Shown: positions 18,611 to 29,077, counted from the first letter of the stretch. The stretch: 64,000 nt of DNA from an uncultured virus (IMG/VR IMGVR_UViG_3300027896_000030) (IMGVR_UViG_3300027896_000030); one strand, 5' to 3'. Numbers and translations are program-made. Notes: generated from the letters alone by a model not told the origin.

Positions 18611-19202
18611 AACATTGAACGAATTAACTGTTACGCTTCCAAAAATTGGCGATGAAGTTTTATTTGGTAAATGGAAAAATAGACGAGCAATAATTAAGAA
18701 GTTTAAGAAAGATAAAAATAATCAAATTGTTTTAATTACCGATAAAGGAATTATTCCACTTTTTCATATTAGAATTGCTAAGTTAATGAAAGAATCTTAT
18801 TTTCCAGAAACAGACAACTACTTTATTGAGTTATGGGATAAAATCAAGACGTTAGATATTTCTGAAGAAGTTATAGATGGTATCAAAAATAGTATCAGTA
18901 GATCTTCTGATAGAATTGCAAAAAGATATATTGGTGAGATTAATGGTGTAAAAATTGTATTAGTTAATGGTAGAGAAGTTAAACAAAAAATTGATCCTGA
19001 TTTTACAGAAGGAACAAACGGAGCAGCAAAGAAGTATTGTCCCTATGATGAGGCTTGGCTAGATTCTAAATATGATACGTCTCAGTTAAAAGGTTTTTTA
19101 TTACATGAATTATCAGAAAGATATTTGATTACAACTAAAGGTTACTCCTATAATGACGCTCATGATTTTGCAAATAAACTTGAACATCAAGTTATATTAT
19201 AA
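18585..19202 (+). CDS. Hypothetical protein ([12 protein letters not shown] domain + HELSE motif)
   Basis: 205 aa with AAGGA RBS. Confidence 0.6.
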
Positions 19203-19313
19203 AGTTTAAATGGAACTTTTTTACTATATATATTAAAATACCAGACGCCATCAGTTCGACCCACAAAGTGGGTTATAGCTATGGTTTTTTTGAAACTAAA
19301 AAGGAAATTAAAT

Positions 19314-19934
19314 ATGAGTGACGTATGTCAACGATGTGGTGAAGATGGAGAAGATCGTCGCACAATTTGGATGGCATGTTTTTATGAAATGAATGAGTTG
19401 GATATACCTTTTGAAACGAAAATTCTTTTTTATGCTGATATTAAAGATTTAACACCATCTAAAGAGCCTACTGGGATTGATCTTGGTAATGGTAAGAAAC
19501 TTAATTTAATGGCCGGAACAGTAAAATGTTCTGGTGAATTGACACCCCATGGTTTCTATACCTTGCGTGTATGTAAAGAATGTCGAGCCAAATGGATGGA
19601 GTTTCAAAAGATTTGGTGGACATTCAAAGGAACAGATAAATCAGAACCTACTGGAACTGGTGTTTTTATTCGTGAGAATGGTACCAATCGTGAACTCACT
19701 CTTGAAGAGGTTGTTAAATTTAGACAAGAGAGAGGTATTGAACCTGCTCGAGTTAAATCATCAGAATTTCAAAAGATGATAGATAAGGTTCATTGGATGC
19801 CTGATAAGAAATTATTTAAATTTCATGATGAATTAGAAAAACAATCTTTAACGGATGAATATCTTCCTGGTGTTTCAGTCGATGATTGCTTACAAGAAGT
19901 GATCAAAGAAAAGGAACAAAGGAAGATATTTTAA
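19314..19934 (+). CDS. Hypothetical zinc-binding protein
   Basis: CQRC...CKEC; AAGGA RBS; class-1 motif at 19225. Confidence 0.65.
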   Translation: MSDVCQRCGEDGEDRRTIWMACFYEMNELDIPFETKILFYADIKDLTPSKEPTGIDLGNGKKLNLMAGTVKCSGELTPHGFYTLRVCKECRAKWMEFQKIWWTFKGTDKSEPTGTGVFIRENGTNRELTLEEVVKFRQERGIEPARVKSSEFQKMIDKVHWMPDKKLFKFHDELEKQSLTDEYLPGVSVDDCLQEVIKEKEQRKIF

Positions 19935-20037
19935 TATTACGAAAAAAAGAATAGAAACTAAAATTTCTGTTCTTTTTTTTCTCGTTATGAACAAATTAAA
20001 AAGAATCATTCAAAAATTTTATCTGGGTGGTGAAAAC

Positions 20038-20448
20038 ATGTTAAATAATTTTAAGATTATACATGAACTATTGCAGCATCAGATTGTTCCCTTTATCGTT
20101 CATGCGCATCAACCCAGATCAGGGTCACTACATTATGATTTGCGTTTTGGTAATCCTAGAAATTCAAAAGAATTATTCTCCTTTGCTGCACCTGCAAATT
20201 TTTTACAAACAATAAATAATAAAACAATTTTAGCTAAGACTAAGATGCATGATTCAAGATGGTTGGATTTGCGAAGCTATCGTTTGAAAGAAGTAGATCG
20301 AGGTACAGTTACGATTAAAATTGCAACTAGTAAATATTTTGAATTAGAATTTCATGGTAAAGTTTTAAATGATAATTTTAAACTTTTCAGATTATCGTCT
20401 ACTTTCAGAAATGATCGATGGTTGTTAGTAAAAACACAATTGCATTAA
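20038..20448 (+). CDS. LigD 3'-phosphoesterase-like protein
   Basis: VHAH...LHYDLRF...DRGT...FHGKVL...WLL pattern of the LigD_N domain. Confidence 0.6.
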   Translation: MLNNFKIIHELLQHQIVPFIVHAHQPRSGSLHYDLRFGNPRNSKELFSFAAPANFLQTINNKTILAKTKMHDSRWLDLRSYRLKEVDRGTVTIKIATSKYFELEFHGKVLNDNFKLFRLSSTFRNDRWLLVKTQLH

Positions 20449-20457
20449 TTCAAGGAT

Positions 20458-23400
20458 ATGCTGATGAGTATTAAAAAAATTTTAATCGGATTAAGTTTTA
20501 TTTTGATGACTAGTTCAATTTATGCAGATCAAAAAATTAAAGTAAGTCAAATTATTGACTTTAATCAAGGTGTTATAAATGTAATAAATACAACTAATAT
20601 ACCAAAAGCAGTTACATCATATACAGTAACTGGACCACAAAGTAATTTAATTGTAACAGCATTGCAATATATTACTGGATCAATGATTTCTAATGCTGGT
20701 GGTTTAACTAATGCAAATGCGTTTGATTTAAAGGGATCAGCGGCCGCAGTATCTAATTGGGTAGCAGGTCAAAATTATCTTTCTGTTTTTGTTGTTAGTA
20801 ATTTAGCTACTACTGCATTTGTTTCTAATACAGTAAGTGCAGCAACAAACAATTTATGGAATTATACTGTTTATTTAGTGGCAGTAACATCTAATTCATT
20901 ACAATCTCAAATAACTCAAAATTTAAATAATTCATATCCAAATAGTAATCCAAGTAATTTTGTTAATAGATTTCAATCTATAGCAATTGCTTCTGCAACA
21001 GTATATGGTCTAATGCCGTATATTTTTGCATCTAACGCAGTATATACTGCTAATTATATAAATCATATTCTTTCAACCGGAACATTGAATTATGCGCAGA
21101 GTGCATATGTGCTTATTGGACCACAAAGCAATATACTTGCTAATGCATTACAAACTAGTGATTTTATAATCGCAACTAATAGTTTGTGGATTAGTACAAC
21201 TAATTTAATAAATGATTCAACTAATAGTTTGTGGATTAGTACAACTAATTTGGTAACAGGAACATCTAATGTATTAATGCAATCTATTAATATAGCATCA
21301 ACAAATTATCAAGGACCACTGATTCAAGCAACGAACCCGATTCCTGGTTGGATAACATCAGCAACTACAGGATTAGCAACTGTTTCTTCTGTTACTATTG
21401 CAGCTACTAACTTGTATGCGACTATAGTATCTGGTGATGTAGCAAGTACAAATACTGCTTATGGTTATGTTGTGACATATAGTAATGCTGTAAGTAATGC
21501 TATATCAAAGGCCAACAGTGCGTGGCAGAATCCTGCAAGTGCAGTTTATTGGACTTGGACCAAAACAGCTACTGAAGTTACGTTGACATCATATAGTGGA
21601 CCAGATGCTGTAGTAATTCCTGATATGTTAGATGGTTTACCTGTAACAACTATTTCTTATGTTTTTTCTGCTCCATTTGAAGAATCTACTATAACTTCTG
21701 TTTCTGGTGGAGCCTTTCTTACTAAAATAGGTATAACTGTATTTCGTCGATGTGTGGCACTTACGAGTGTAGTATTTCCTACTGTTAAAAATATTGGAGA
21801 TAATGCATTTGATAGTTGTTCCGGTATTACAAGTGTATATTTACCTACTGTTACAAATATAGGTATTAGTGCATTTAATCCATGTTTGGCTTTGACTAAT
21901 GTAGTATTGCCTTGTATTGTGACACTTGGAGAAAATTCGTTTGATCAGTGTCCTAATTTAGTAAGTGTAGTTTTTAGTGGAAATGCCCTAGCAGAAGGAA
22001 CGAATATGTTTGGTAGTTATTTGAATTATGGTAATTCTCCCAATGTAACTAACTACGTAAATAATCCAACAGCTACCGGGTGGGGAACTAATTGGATGGG
22101 TCGTCCAGTTGTACGTCTCGCTTTATATGGTGATGCAAGTAATCTTACCGGAATTAATAGTGGCGGTATTACCACAAATCAATTAAACTCTGCTACTAAT
22201 GGATTATGGATTGCTGTAACTAATCTTAATACTATAACTACTAATAATTTAATGACTGTTAGTGTTCCGACTATAATTGGTAATAGTAATGCTCCTATAG
22301 TTGCTGCTTTATCTGAATTCACAAATTCAGTTAATGCTTTAGGAACCACTCAAATTGTAATCAAAGCTGCATTAGATGGTTTTACAAATTCAGTTAATAA
22401 TATTGGAACATCTTTATCTGGATTCACAAATCAAATCAATGCTATTAGTTCTACTCAAATTGTAGTTAAAGCTGCATTAGATGGTTTTACAAATTCAGTC
22501 AATAATATTGGAACATCTTTATCTGGATTCACAAATTCAGTTAATTCTTTAGGTTCGACTCAGATTGTTATCAAAGCTGCATTAGATGGACTCACTAATT
22601 CTATAATCAACGCCACAAACGGAATAGTGAATAAAGCCGTAACTGTGGTGGGTTTGCAGAGCAACACTATTGCGAGCGCGTTGCAAGTCGAGTCCGACAC
22701 CCTGCAAACCGTGGCGACGCGCGGCGCGACCGTTGCGGGCGGGGTTGCAGTGGGCGCGCTGACTGTGCCTGGTTATTTGGAGGTCGCCGTTGACGCGGGC
22801 TACATTCTCGGCCACCAGAACGTAGTCATTGGAAACACCGCCCACGTCGCAGTCACAGACGCGATTTCCCTGGCTAATTTTGTCAGTGGGGCGCACCTCA
22901 TGGCGGGCCTGGAAGACACCGGGCTTTACATGCTGGATTATTACGACGGGGCAATCACTAACGACTGGAGCATCCAAAGTGCCACCGGATCACACATGTT
23001 GTGGATACACTGTCTGCAACATCCCACGTGGCCGGTGCAATTCCAAAACCCCGTATCAATTGTCGGCGGCGCATCGCCAGTGATTACCTCCGACAACACG
23101 GTTGTCTGCCCCAACCTCAACGCCGATTTGCTCGACGGCTATCACATCGGCGACATCACACCCTCGCTGATCGGGGCGGCCACGCCCAACACGGTCTCGA
23201 CCATGATTCAGGCAAGCAACGTGGTCGAGCGTGCGAACATGGCGAGCGTGATCCAGGCGAGCAATGTTGTTGAACGTGCCAACGTCGCAATCATAATCCA
23301 AGGAAGCAATGTCGTCGAGCGAGCCAACACTATCAGCGTGGCGGCGTCCACGGCCGGGGCAACTGGCGCTGTGGTGCAGGCGGCGGCGGCAACGGACACG

Positions 23401-25137
23401 ACGAACATCGTGGCGGGTATTATGACGACCGGCACGGTGGCGAACGCTACCTACGCGGGCACCGTCACGGGCGTGCAGAGCGGGCTGGTGGCGACAGCGG
23501 TGCAGCCCACCGACACGCACTACCTGGCCGCGATTACGAACCTACAGAGTGGCGTGACTCTTTCCAATCTATTGACGACCGCCACAACAAAAAACTGGGA
23601 GACCCACATCAGACAGCGGGCGGTGACGGGATTGGTTTCGTTCGTTTTCGATGATACCTTTTCGTCTCAATACACTAATGCAAAGCCGGTTTTTGACTCT
23701 CTTGGTGTTGTCGGAAGTCTAGCGATTGTGAGCGACTTCGTAGGGTCTGATACTTCTTATTTATCCTGGGCGCAGTTGACCAATTTTCAAGCGGCTGGAT
23801 GGGAGATAATGTCCCACAGTAAGACACATACGGTGCGTTTGTACGTTACGAACGAGGCCACTATTAGAGCCGAGATGGATTTGGCGCCATTCGTGCAGCG
23901 TGGGTTCGTGGTCAATAATTTTGTCTGGCCGTGGGGGGATAGCGGACCGGTTTCGCGTCGTATTGCGTTCGATTATTACCGTTCTTGCAGAGGCATCGAG
24001 GAGGCACAAAACACCAGCCCCTTACGGACATATGACTTGTATTCCTACGCCATTGACAATACCGCGCTATCCAACTCCTATAAGGCAGCCATTCTGACCG
24101 CAAAAGCGAACAATTCATGGGTTACTTTCTATTCCCACGAAACTACGGCGGCTGTATCGAACATGCTGGCGCAACTTATTACCTATGCTCAAGCTAATGG
24201 TGTATCAATCGTAACCGTAAACCAGGGGCTTGATCGTGTTGGAAACATGCTGGATGTTGGCGAAAGTCTGGCGGTAGGTGCATCGGGCACGACAAAGATG
24301 AGCGGCAATGTATGCATCAATGGAGGAGACTATATATCCACGGCTGGTGCGTTGCGTTTGATGGACAACGCAAATGTAGTCTTTCGTGGACTCCGTTCAG
24401 GAGCGTGGCCTGATTCTGTTAACAGTCAATTTTTCCAGATTGGAAACGATAGTGATTATGTTCTTCTTACGGCAGCAAGTGGCAGTCCTATGACACGCAC
24501 GTATGCAAGTTCTGCTGCGTTCCAGATATCCAGTGCGTATTACAACGCGACGATCCTACCTACTTACTTATTCCAGGTAGATAATGGGACAACTCCATTC
24601 TTCGGGGTGTCGGCGGTGGGTACAACTATCGCCCGAACAAATGCCGTGGTATGTGGATCATTGTCAGTGAGCAACGGCTTGACTGTGGTGGGTACAGTCA
24701 CCGGCATCACGGCGGAGCAGATCGGGGCGACATCGACCAACACCGTGGCGACCATCATCCAAGGTAGCAACGTGGTCGAGCGGGGCAACGCGGCGGGACT
24801 GTATGCGACCATTGTAACGAACACCCAGCCCGCGCAGGCGTTTACGGGATACGTCGTGAGCGATGCGGGGGGCACGTGTACGGTCGTCTATGCTTCCGGG
24901 CCGCTGGTACAGATCATCGCATCCACCAACACCACGATCCATTTCGGCACGACCGGCTACCCGACGACCGGGGGCGTGCTGCGCGTGGGGATCGAACTGT
25001 GGAGCGGCACGAACGCTATCAGTTTCAACACGTCGAGCATCACGAACCCGACCGCCATGACGCTCAACACGAACGCCTGGAACTCGCTATTTTTCCGGCG
25101 CAACGCAAGCAGCACGCTATGGACAGGGAGACAGTAA
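20458..25137 (+). CDS. Large adhesin/tail-fibre-like protein (signal peptide, TN-rich repeats, BspA-type LRR, polysaccharide deacetylase domain)
   Basis: IGDNAFDSC LRRs; FVFDD...WEIMSHSKTH...WPWG...FYSHE NodB motifs; IQASNVVERAN repeats. Confidence 0.75.
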   Translation: MLMSIKKILIGLSFILMTSSIYADQKIKVSQIIDFNQGVINVINTTNIPKAVTSYTVTGPQSNLIVTALQYITGSMISNAGGLTNANAFDLKGSAAAVSNWVAGQNYLSVFVVSNLATTAFVSNTVSAATNNLWNYTVYLVAVTSNSLQSQITQNLNNSYPNSNPSNFVNRFQSIAIASATVYGLMPYIFASNAVYTANYINHILSTGTLNYAQSAYVLIGPQSNILANALQTSDFIIATNSLWISTTNLINDSTNSLWISTTNLVTGTSNVLMQSINIASTNYQGPLIQATNPIPGWITSATTGLATVSSVTIAATNLYATIVSGDVASTNTAYGYVVTYSNAVSNAISKANSAWQNPASAVYWTWTKTATEVTLTSYSGPDAVVIPDMLDGLPVTTISYVFSAPFEESTITSVSGGAFLTKIGITVFRRCVALTSVVFPTVKNIGDNAFDSCSGITSVYLPTVTNIGISAFNPCLALTNVVLPCIVTLGENSFDQCPNLVSVVFSGNALAEGTNMFGSYLNYGNSPNVTNYVNNPTATGWGTNWMGRPVVRLALYGDASNLTGINSGGITTNQLNSATNGLWIAVTNLNTITTNNLMTVSVPTIIGNSNAPIVAALSEFTNSVNALGTTQIVIKAALDGFTNSVNNIGTSLSGFTNQINAISSTQIVVKAALDGFTNSVNNIGTSLSGFTNSVNSLGSTQIVIKAALDGLTNSIINATNGIVNKAVTVVGLQSNTIASALQVESDTLQTVATRGATVAGGVAVGALTVPGYLEVAVDAGYILGHQNVVIGNTAHVAVTDAISLANFVSGAHLMAGLEDTGLYMLDYYDGAITNDWSIQSATGSHMLWIHCLQHPTWPVQFQNPVSIVGGASPVITSDNTVVCPNLNADLLDGYHIGDITPSLIGAATPNTVSTMIQASNVVERANMASVIQASNVVERANVAIIIQGSNVVERANTISVAASTAGATGAVVQAAAATDTTNIVAGIMTTGTVANATYAGTVTGVQSGLVATAVQPTDTHYLAAITNLQSGVTLSNLLTTATTKNWETHIRQRAVTGLVSFVFDDTFSSQYTNAKPVFDSLGVVGSLAIVSDFVGSDTSYLSWAQLTNFQAAGWEIMSHSKTHTVRLYVTNEATIRAEMDLAPFVQRGFVVNNFVWPWGDSGPVSRRIAFDYYRSCRGIEEAQNTSPLRTYDLYSYAIDNTALSNSYKAAILTAKANNSWVTFYSHETTAAVSNMLAQLITYAQANGVSIVTVNQGLDRVGNMLDVGESLAVGASGTTKMSGNVCINGGDYISTAGALRLMDNANVVFRGLRSGAWPDSVNSQFFQIGNDSDYVLLTAASGSPMTRTYASSAAFQISSAYYNATILPTYLFQVDNGTTPFFGVSAVGTTIARTNAVVCGSLSVSNGLTVVGTVTGITAEQIGATSTNTVATIIQGSNVVERGNAAGLYATIVTNTQPAQAFTGYVVSDAGGTCTVVYASGPLVQIIASTNTTIHFGTTGYPTTGGVLRVGIELWSGTNAISFNTSSITNPTAMTLNTNAWNSLFFRRNASSTLWTGRQ

Positions 25138-25568
25138 TGCACAAGATCATCGCCATACTGCTGCTGACCGTGGCCGGGGCGCTGGCCGCTGATTTTATTC
25201 CCTGTACGCGCTGGCCGAACCCCGTGACGACGCCGGACGGCAAGACGTGGATCAACCCGACGGTCGAGCAGTGCATGGCGGCCGGGTGGCGGTTGCTGCC
25301 GGTCATGCCCGCCACGCCGGAAGGCAAGCAGATTGTGAGCACGGCCATTGTGCAGGACGAGAAGCTGGCAACCAGCCTCAAGTACGTGGTGACGTATGAG
25401 GCCATTCCGAAGCCGCCCGACCCGCCCGTGTACGTGCCGGAAGTGTTGACCAACATCCTAATCTCTCCACGTGTGTCAGCATACTTCACAACGGGCGGGG
25501 AGTTTCGGGCGTTCGGAAAATTGGACGTGCCGGCGACCAACATGACGGCCGTCAAGGTGAGCAAATGA
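25137..25568 (+). CDS. Secreted protein, tail-fibre-assembly-like
   Basis: ATG overlaps the preceding TAA; signal peptide MHKIIAILLLTVAGALA; NPT.E...AAGW motif. Confidence 0.65.
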   Translation: MHKIIAILLLTVAGALAADFIPCTRWPNPVTTPDGKTWINPTVEQCMAAGWRLLPVMPATPEGKQIVSTAIVQDEKLATSLKYVVTYEAIPKPPDPPVYVPEVLTNILISPRVSAYFTTGGEFRAFGKLDVPATNMTAVKVSK

Positions 25569-26512
25569 TTCGCACCTTCATAGTCCTTTGCCTGCTGGCC
25601 TGCTCGGCGCGTGCGGAATGGCGCGGCGCGTTTGACGATGCTTTCTTTGCGACGCGAGCGGCGGCGGCCGCATCCTACTCATGGACCGGGACCGGCTACG
25701 AGACCAACTACACCGAGAACGCAACCAATTTTACGGCGATAATTTGGACAAACGGCGCGGGCACGCTGACATTGGCCACGGCGCGTATGTTAGACGTGCT
25801 GGTCGTAGCGGGTGGTGGCGGCGGCGGGCATACCGATCAGGCCGGCGGCGCAGGCGCAGGCGGCATGATAGTGACATCTCTGGTATTTGCGGCGGGCACG
25901 TGGACAAATGCCGTTGGTGAGGGCGGCTACGGCGCTATCCTCACGCCCACCGGCTTAGATCAGCAGTCCTCAAATGGTTTTAACTCCGCGTTCAGCACAA
26001 TCACGGCCACGGGCGGCGGCGCTGGCGGGCATAACTGGATCAATGATAGTAACCGTGGCATTTTGGCTTTTGGCTACAACCATGGGCAGCTAGGAGGCTC
26101 GGGCGGTGGCGCTGGTTATGGAAGTAACCCCGGAAACGGCATAGCTGGACAGGGCAAAAACGGAGGGGATGATTCTACTTCTACCCCAAATTACGGCGCA
26201 GGCGGCGGCGGCGGTGCTTCTGCGGCCGGAGGAAATGGCGCAAGCGGTGCGGGCGGCGTGGGTGGCGCTGGTATTGCCTGCACATTTTCAGGCGGGAGCA
26301 AAACGTATGCCGGCGGCGGCGGTGGCTCCACCTATTCATCTGGCACCCCTGGCGCAGGCGGTGCGGGCGGCGGTGGCGCTGGCAGTACGGGCGCGGCCAC
26401 GTCGGGCACAGCAAACACGGGCGGCGGCGGCGGTGGCGCGGAACGGAGCGGTACTGGACGCGGCGGCAACGGCGGCAGCGGCATCGTGATCGCGCGGTTC
26501 GCGATACCATAG
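25565..26512 (+). CDS. Glycine-rich domain protein with signal peptide
   Basis: DVLVVAGGGGGG...GGNGGSGIVIAR, typical of phage fibre-associated glycine-rich domains. Confidence 0.8.
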   Translation: MIRTFIVLCLLACSARAEWRGAFDDAFFATRAAAAASYSWTGTGYETNYTENATNFTAIIWTNGAGTLTLATARMLDVLVVAGGGGGGHTDQAGGAGAGGMIVTSLVFAAGTWTNAVGEGGYGAILTPTGLDQQSSNGFNSAFSTITATGGGAGGHNWINDSNRGILAFGYNHGQLGGSGGGAGYGSNPGNGIAGQGKNGGDDSTSTPNYGAGGGGGASAAGGNGASGAGGVGGAGIACTFSGGSKTYAGGGGGSTYSSGTPGAGGAGGGGAGSTGAATSGTANTGGGGGGAERSGTGRGGNGGSGIVIARFAIP

Positions 26513-26520
26513 GAGCAACC

Positions 26521-26667
26521 ATGAGCGACATGTACAACGTGGCACCGGCAAAGCCTGACGACAAGCTCGGCCCGCATACCAAGCAGGCGCTGCGGGAGGC
26601 CCGCTGGTTTGTCCGGTGGGCTGTATGGGTAGCGGTCAAGATCGGACTACGGCGGGCTGGACTGTGA
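26521..26667 (+). CDS. Small peptide (DDKLGPHTK family)
   Basis: AGGAG RBS; similar to the 54172-54294 ORF. Confidence 0.55.
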   Translation: MSDMYNVAPAKPDDKLGPHTKQALREARWFVRWAVWVAVKIGLRRAGL

Positions 26668-26822
26668 GTGGCACGCTTGACCAACTCGAATACGTGCGAA
26701 CGCAGATGCACGAAAAGAACGCGGAACTGAATCGCCTATTTGCGGCAGGACTTGTTTCTGGTGCTGGAGCATTTACTAATTGTCCAGCAGGAAAATATAT
26801 TGTTTTAACTATAGAACGATGA
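26664..26822 (+). CDS. Small, probably chimeric ORF at the island boundary
   Basis: GTGA overlap; NAELNRLFAAGL resembles NSELNALFATGI in the 27143 ORF. Confidence 0.4.
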   Translation: MSGTLDQLEYVRTQMHEKNAELNRLFAAGLVSGAGAFTNCPAGKYIVLTIER

Positions 26823-26905
26823 AATTAATAACATGAACATAAATTTTAAAAAAATTATAAACGATTATCTGTCAATTATAATTTTTAAATTATTAGAGAA
26901 TAAAA

Positions 26906-27100
26906 ATGAATCAGTATAATAATGAACAATTTGTTCCTATATCAGGTGGCGTAATGATTCATTTTGACCACCTTGTAACAGCTATTGTAAGAGGTATAAG
27001 TAGTATAGATATATCTCATTTAACTAGTGAGCAGGCACAAATATTACAAACAGCTGTAGATACTATGAAAAGACGAATTGCTTCTGTAAAAGAAGATTAA
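26906..27100 (+). CDS. Hypothetical protein
   Basis: 64 aa ORF. Confidence 0.45.
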   Translation: MNQYNNEQFVPISGGVMIHFDHLVTAIVRGISSIDISHLTSEQAQILQTAVDTMKRRIASVKED

Positions 27101-27142
27101 TTTAAATGATTAAAGTTATGATGAAATTGAAAGGAAGTAATA

Positions 27143-27355
27143 ATGAATATGGCGAGATATGAACGATTAATAGAAATTCGACGCAGAATAGCGGCAATCA
27201 ATTCCGAGCTTAACGCGTTGTTTGCAACTGGAATTACGTCCAAACAATTAGAGTGTGAACTTTCTAATTTAACTGCGGCAGAAGATTTATTGGTTGCCGC
27301 AGAACTTAACGAACAGGAACTTATTAAAGTTGGAAAGCAAATGAAAGAGTCATAA
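27143..27355 (+). CDS. Small coiled-coil protein
   Basis: AAGGA RBS. Confidence 0.55.
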   Translation: MNMARYERLIEIRRRIAAINSELNALFATGITSKQLECELSNLTAAEDLLVAAELNEQELIKVGKQMKES

Positions 27356-27356
27356 T

Positions 27357-27803
27357 ATGAAGACGACTTTGAAACGCTCAACAATAAATAAAATTATAAA
27401 GTCTCAAATATCAATAAAAATTTGTGTTTGTAAACATCGATCTGCAAAGTCTCTTGTTTATTCATGGTATGGTTTATCTAAAGAAATATCATTAGATAAG
27501 ATTGTAAATCTAAAACAATTTATAAATAAAAATGAATTTGATATAGTAAAACGAGCAGTAGATATTGTTGAATCTAAAAAATTTTGGGGGTTTTATAGAT
27601 TTGGTAAAGTATCTGAAATTCATATATGGTGTCATAAATCTTGCAAAGTAAAAGATGTAATGGGATTACTTTCTCATGAAGTTGCACATTCAGCTGGTTA
27701 TATAAGTGAGAAAGCAGCTATTAAAATAGCTACAATAGGTCAGTTTGCTTTACATCTTTTATTGTTAACCTTCAAAGATAAAATTTCTAAGAAAGTAAAA
27801 TAA
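27357..27803 (+). CDS. HExxH-motif protein (metallopeptidase-like)
   Basis: LLSHEVAH. Confidence 0.45.
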   Translation: MKTTLKRSTINKIIKSQISIKICVCKHRSAKSLVYSWYGLSKEISLDKIVNLKQFINKNEFDIVKRAVDIVESKKFWGFYRFGKVSEIHIWCHKSCKVKDVMGLLSHEVAHSAGYISEKAAIKIATIGQFALHLLLLTFKDKISKKVK

Positions 27804-27863
27804 ATTCGATGATAAGAATAGTTGTTGAAATTTTTTAATTATTGAAAAGAAGGCCTCTTGGTT

Positions 27864-28502
27864 ATGTTAAACATTATAAGTTTTAGTTTGTGGGGATCAG
27901 GAAAAAAGTATCGAGTAGGCGCAATTGAAAATTGCCGTTTGGCATCAATTATATATCCTGGATGGAAAGTTCGAATATATATCGATAATACAATAGAACA
28001 AGAATTTATAAAAACTTTACAAAATAAAGGTGCAGAAATTTGTCTTATACAAAATGTTAAAGGATCATATCATGGAATGTTTTGGCGTTTTCTTATAAAT
28101 GATGATCTTAAAGTAGATCGATATATAGTGCGTGATCTTGATTCAAGATTAAATTGGCGAGAGAAAGCAGCTGTTGATGCTTGGTGTGCATCTGATTTTG
28201 ATTTTCATATAATGCGTGATCATCAGCACCATGCATATCCTATACAAGGTGGAATGTGGGGTGGAAAAACTAAAATTATTTCTAATATGAGTGAACTTAT
28301 TCAAAAATGGAATCAATATGATAGTTATATGAATGATCAATATTTTTTAGAAAAAATTATATATCCTATCGTTCGTGATAATGCAATGGTACATGATGAA
28401 TATTATGAGAAGAAACCATTTCCACCACATCGAGCAATAGATGATGGTGGTTGGTTTGTCGGACAAGTATATGATGAAAATGGAATACCACAAAAAGATT
28501 AG
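27864..28502 (+). CDS. Glycosyltransferase-like protein
   Basis: IISFSLWG...GAIEN...MFWRF...RDLDSR...MRDH..H...GGMWG pattern. Confidence 0.6.
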   Translation: MLNIISFSLWGSGKKYRVGAIENCRLASIIYPGWKVRIYIDNTIEQEFIKTLQNKGAEICLIQNVKGSYHGMFWRFLINDDLKVDRYIVRDLDSRLNWREKAAVDAWCASDFDFHIMRDHQHHAYPIQGGMWGGKTKIISNMSELIQKWNQYDSYMNDQYFLEKIIYPIVRDNAMVHDEYYEKKPFPPHRAIDDGGWFVGQVYDENGIPQKD

Positions 28503-28506
28503 CAAT

Positions 28507-29019
28507 ATGAAAATTGGAGAAACAATAGAAACATGTATCAAAGAAACTGTACATGAATATTGTGTAAAGGAAGTTTATATGAATTATGTAAATTCTATAC
28601 CGCGGACTGCAGAATTATTGCTATCTACTGATTTAGATAATATTCCAGATAAGTATTATAAACGAAAAAAATTATTGTTGGAATCTGATTTTACATGTTC
28701 TATGTGTCATAATAAAGAGTGGTTAGAAAAACCAATACCTTTAGAAATTGATCATATTGATGGAAATAATTCAAATTGGAATAAAAACAATGTAAGGGCG
28801 GTGTGTTTAAACTGTCACGCTCAAACATATACTTTTAGAGGAAGAAATATTAATACTGGTCGAAAAATAGTTTCAGATTTAGAATTGATTAAATGTATTA
28901 ATGAATCTAAAAATATTAGACAAACATTAATTAAAGCAAAGTTAACTCCAAAAGGATTAAATTATGAAAGAGTTCGCACATTAATGTTTAAGCATTCTAT
29001 TTCCTTTTTACATAAATAG
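28507..29019 (+). CDS. HNH endonuclease
   Basis: CSMC...LEIDHIDGNNSN...NVRAVCLNCHAQT. Confidence 0.9.
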   Translation: MKIGETIETCIKETVHEYCVKEVYMNYVNSIPRTAELLLSTDLDNIPDKYYKRKKLLLESDFTCSMCHNKEWLEKPIPLEIDHIDGNNSNWNKNNVRAVCLNCHAQTYTFRGRNINTGRKIVSDLELIKCINESKNIRQTLIKAKLTPKGLNYERVRTLMFKHSISFLHK

Positions 29020-29077
29020 AATTAAATTTCTATATATATTTATCTTTGATAGGGGGAAGTATTTGTTTTAACAAATT

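Larger units (their letters stand above)
22610..26760. other. GC-rich horizontally acquired segment
   Basis: Abrupt switch to GC-rich codons inside the 1559 aa ORF and back inside the 26664 ORF; boundaries approximate. Confidence 0.8.

Noticed and set aside
22582..26711. Many overlapping ORFs in the GC-rich segment
   Set aside because: Shadow frames caused by stop-codon scarcity; the main + strand ORFs explain the region.
22610..26760. Transposon or integrative element
   Set aside because: No transposase, integrase, terminal repeats or target duplication seen.
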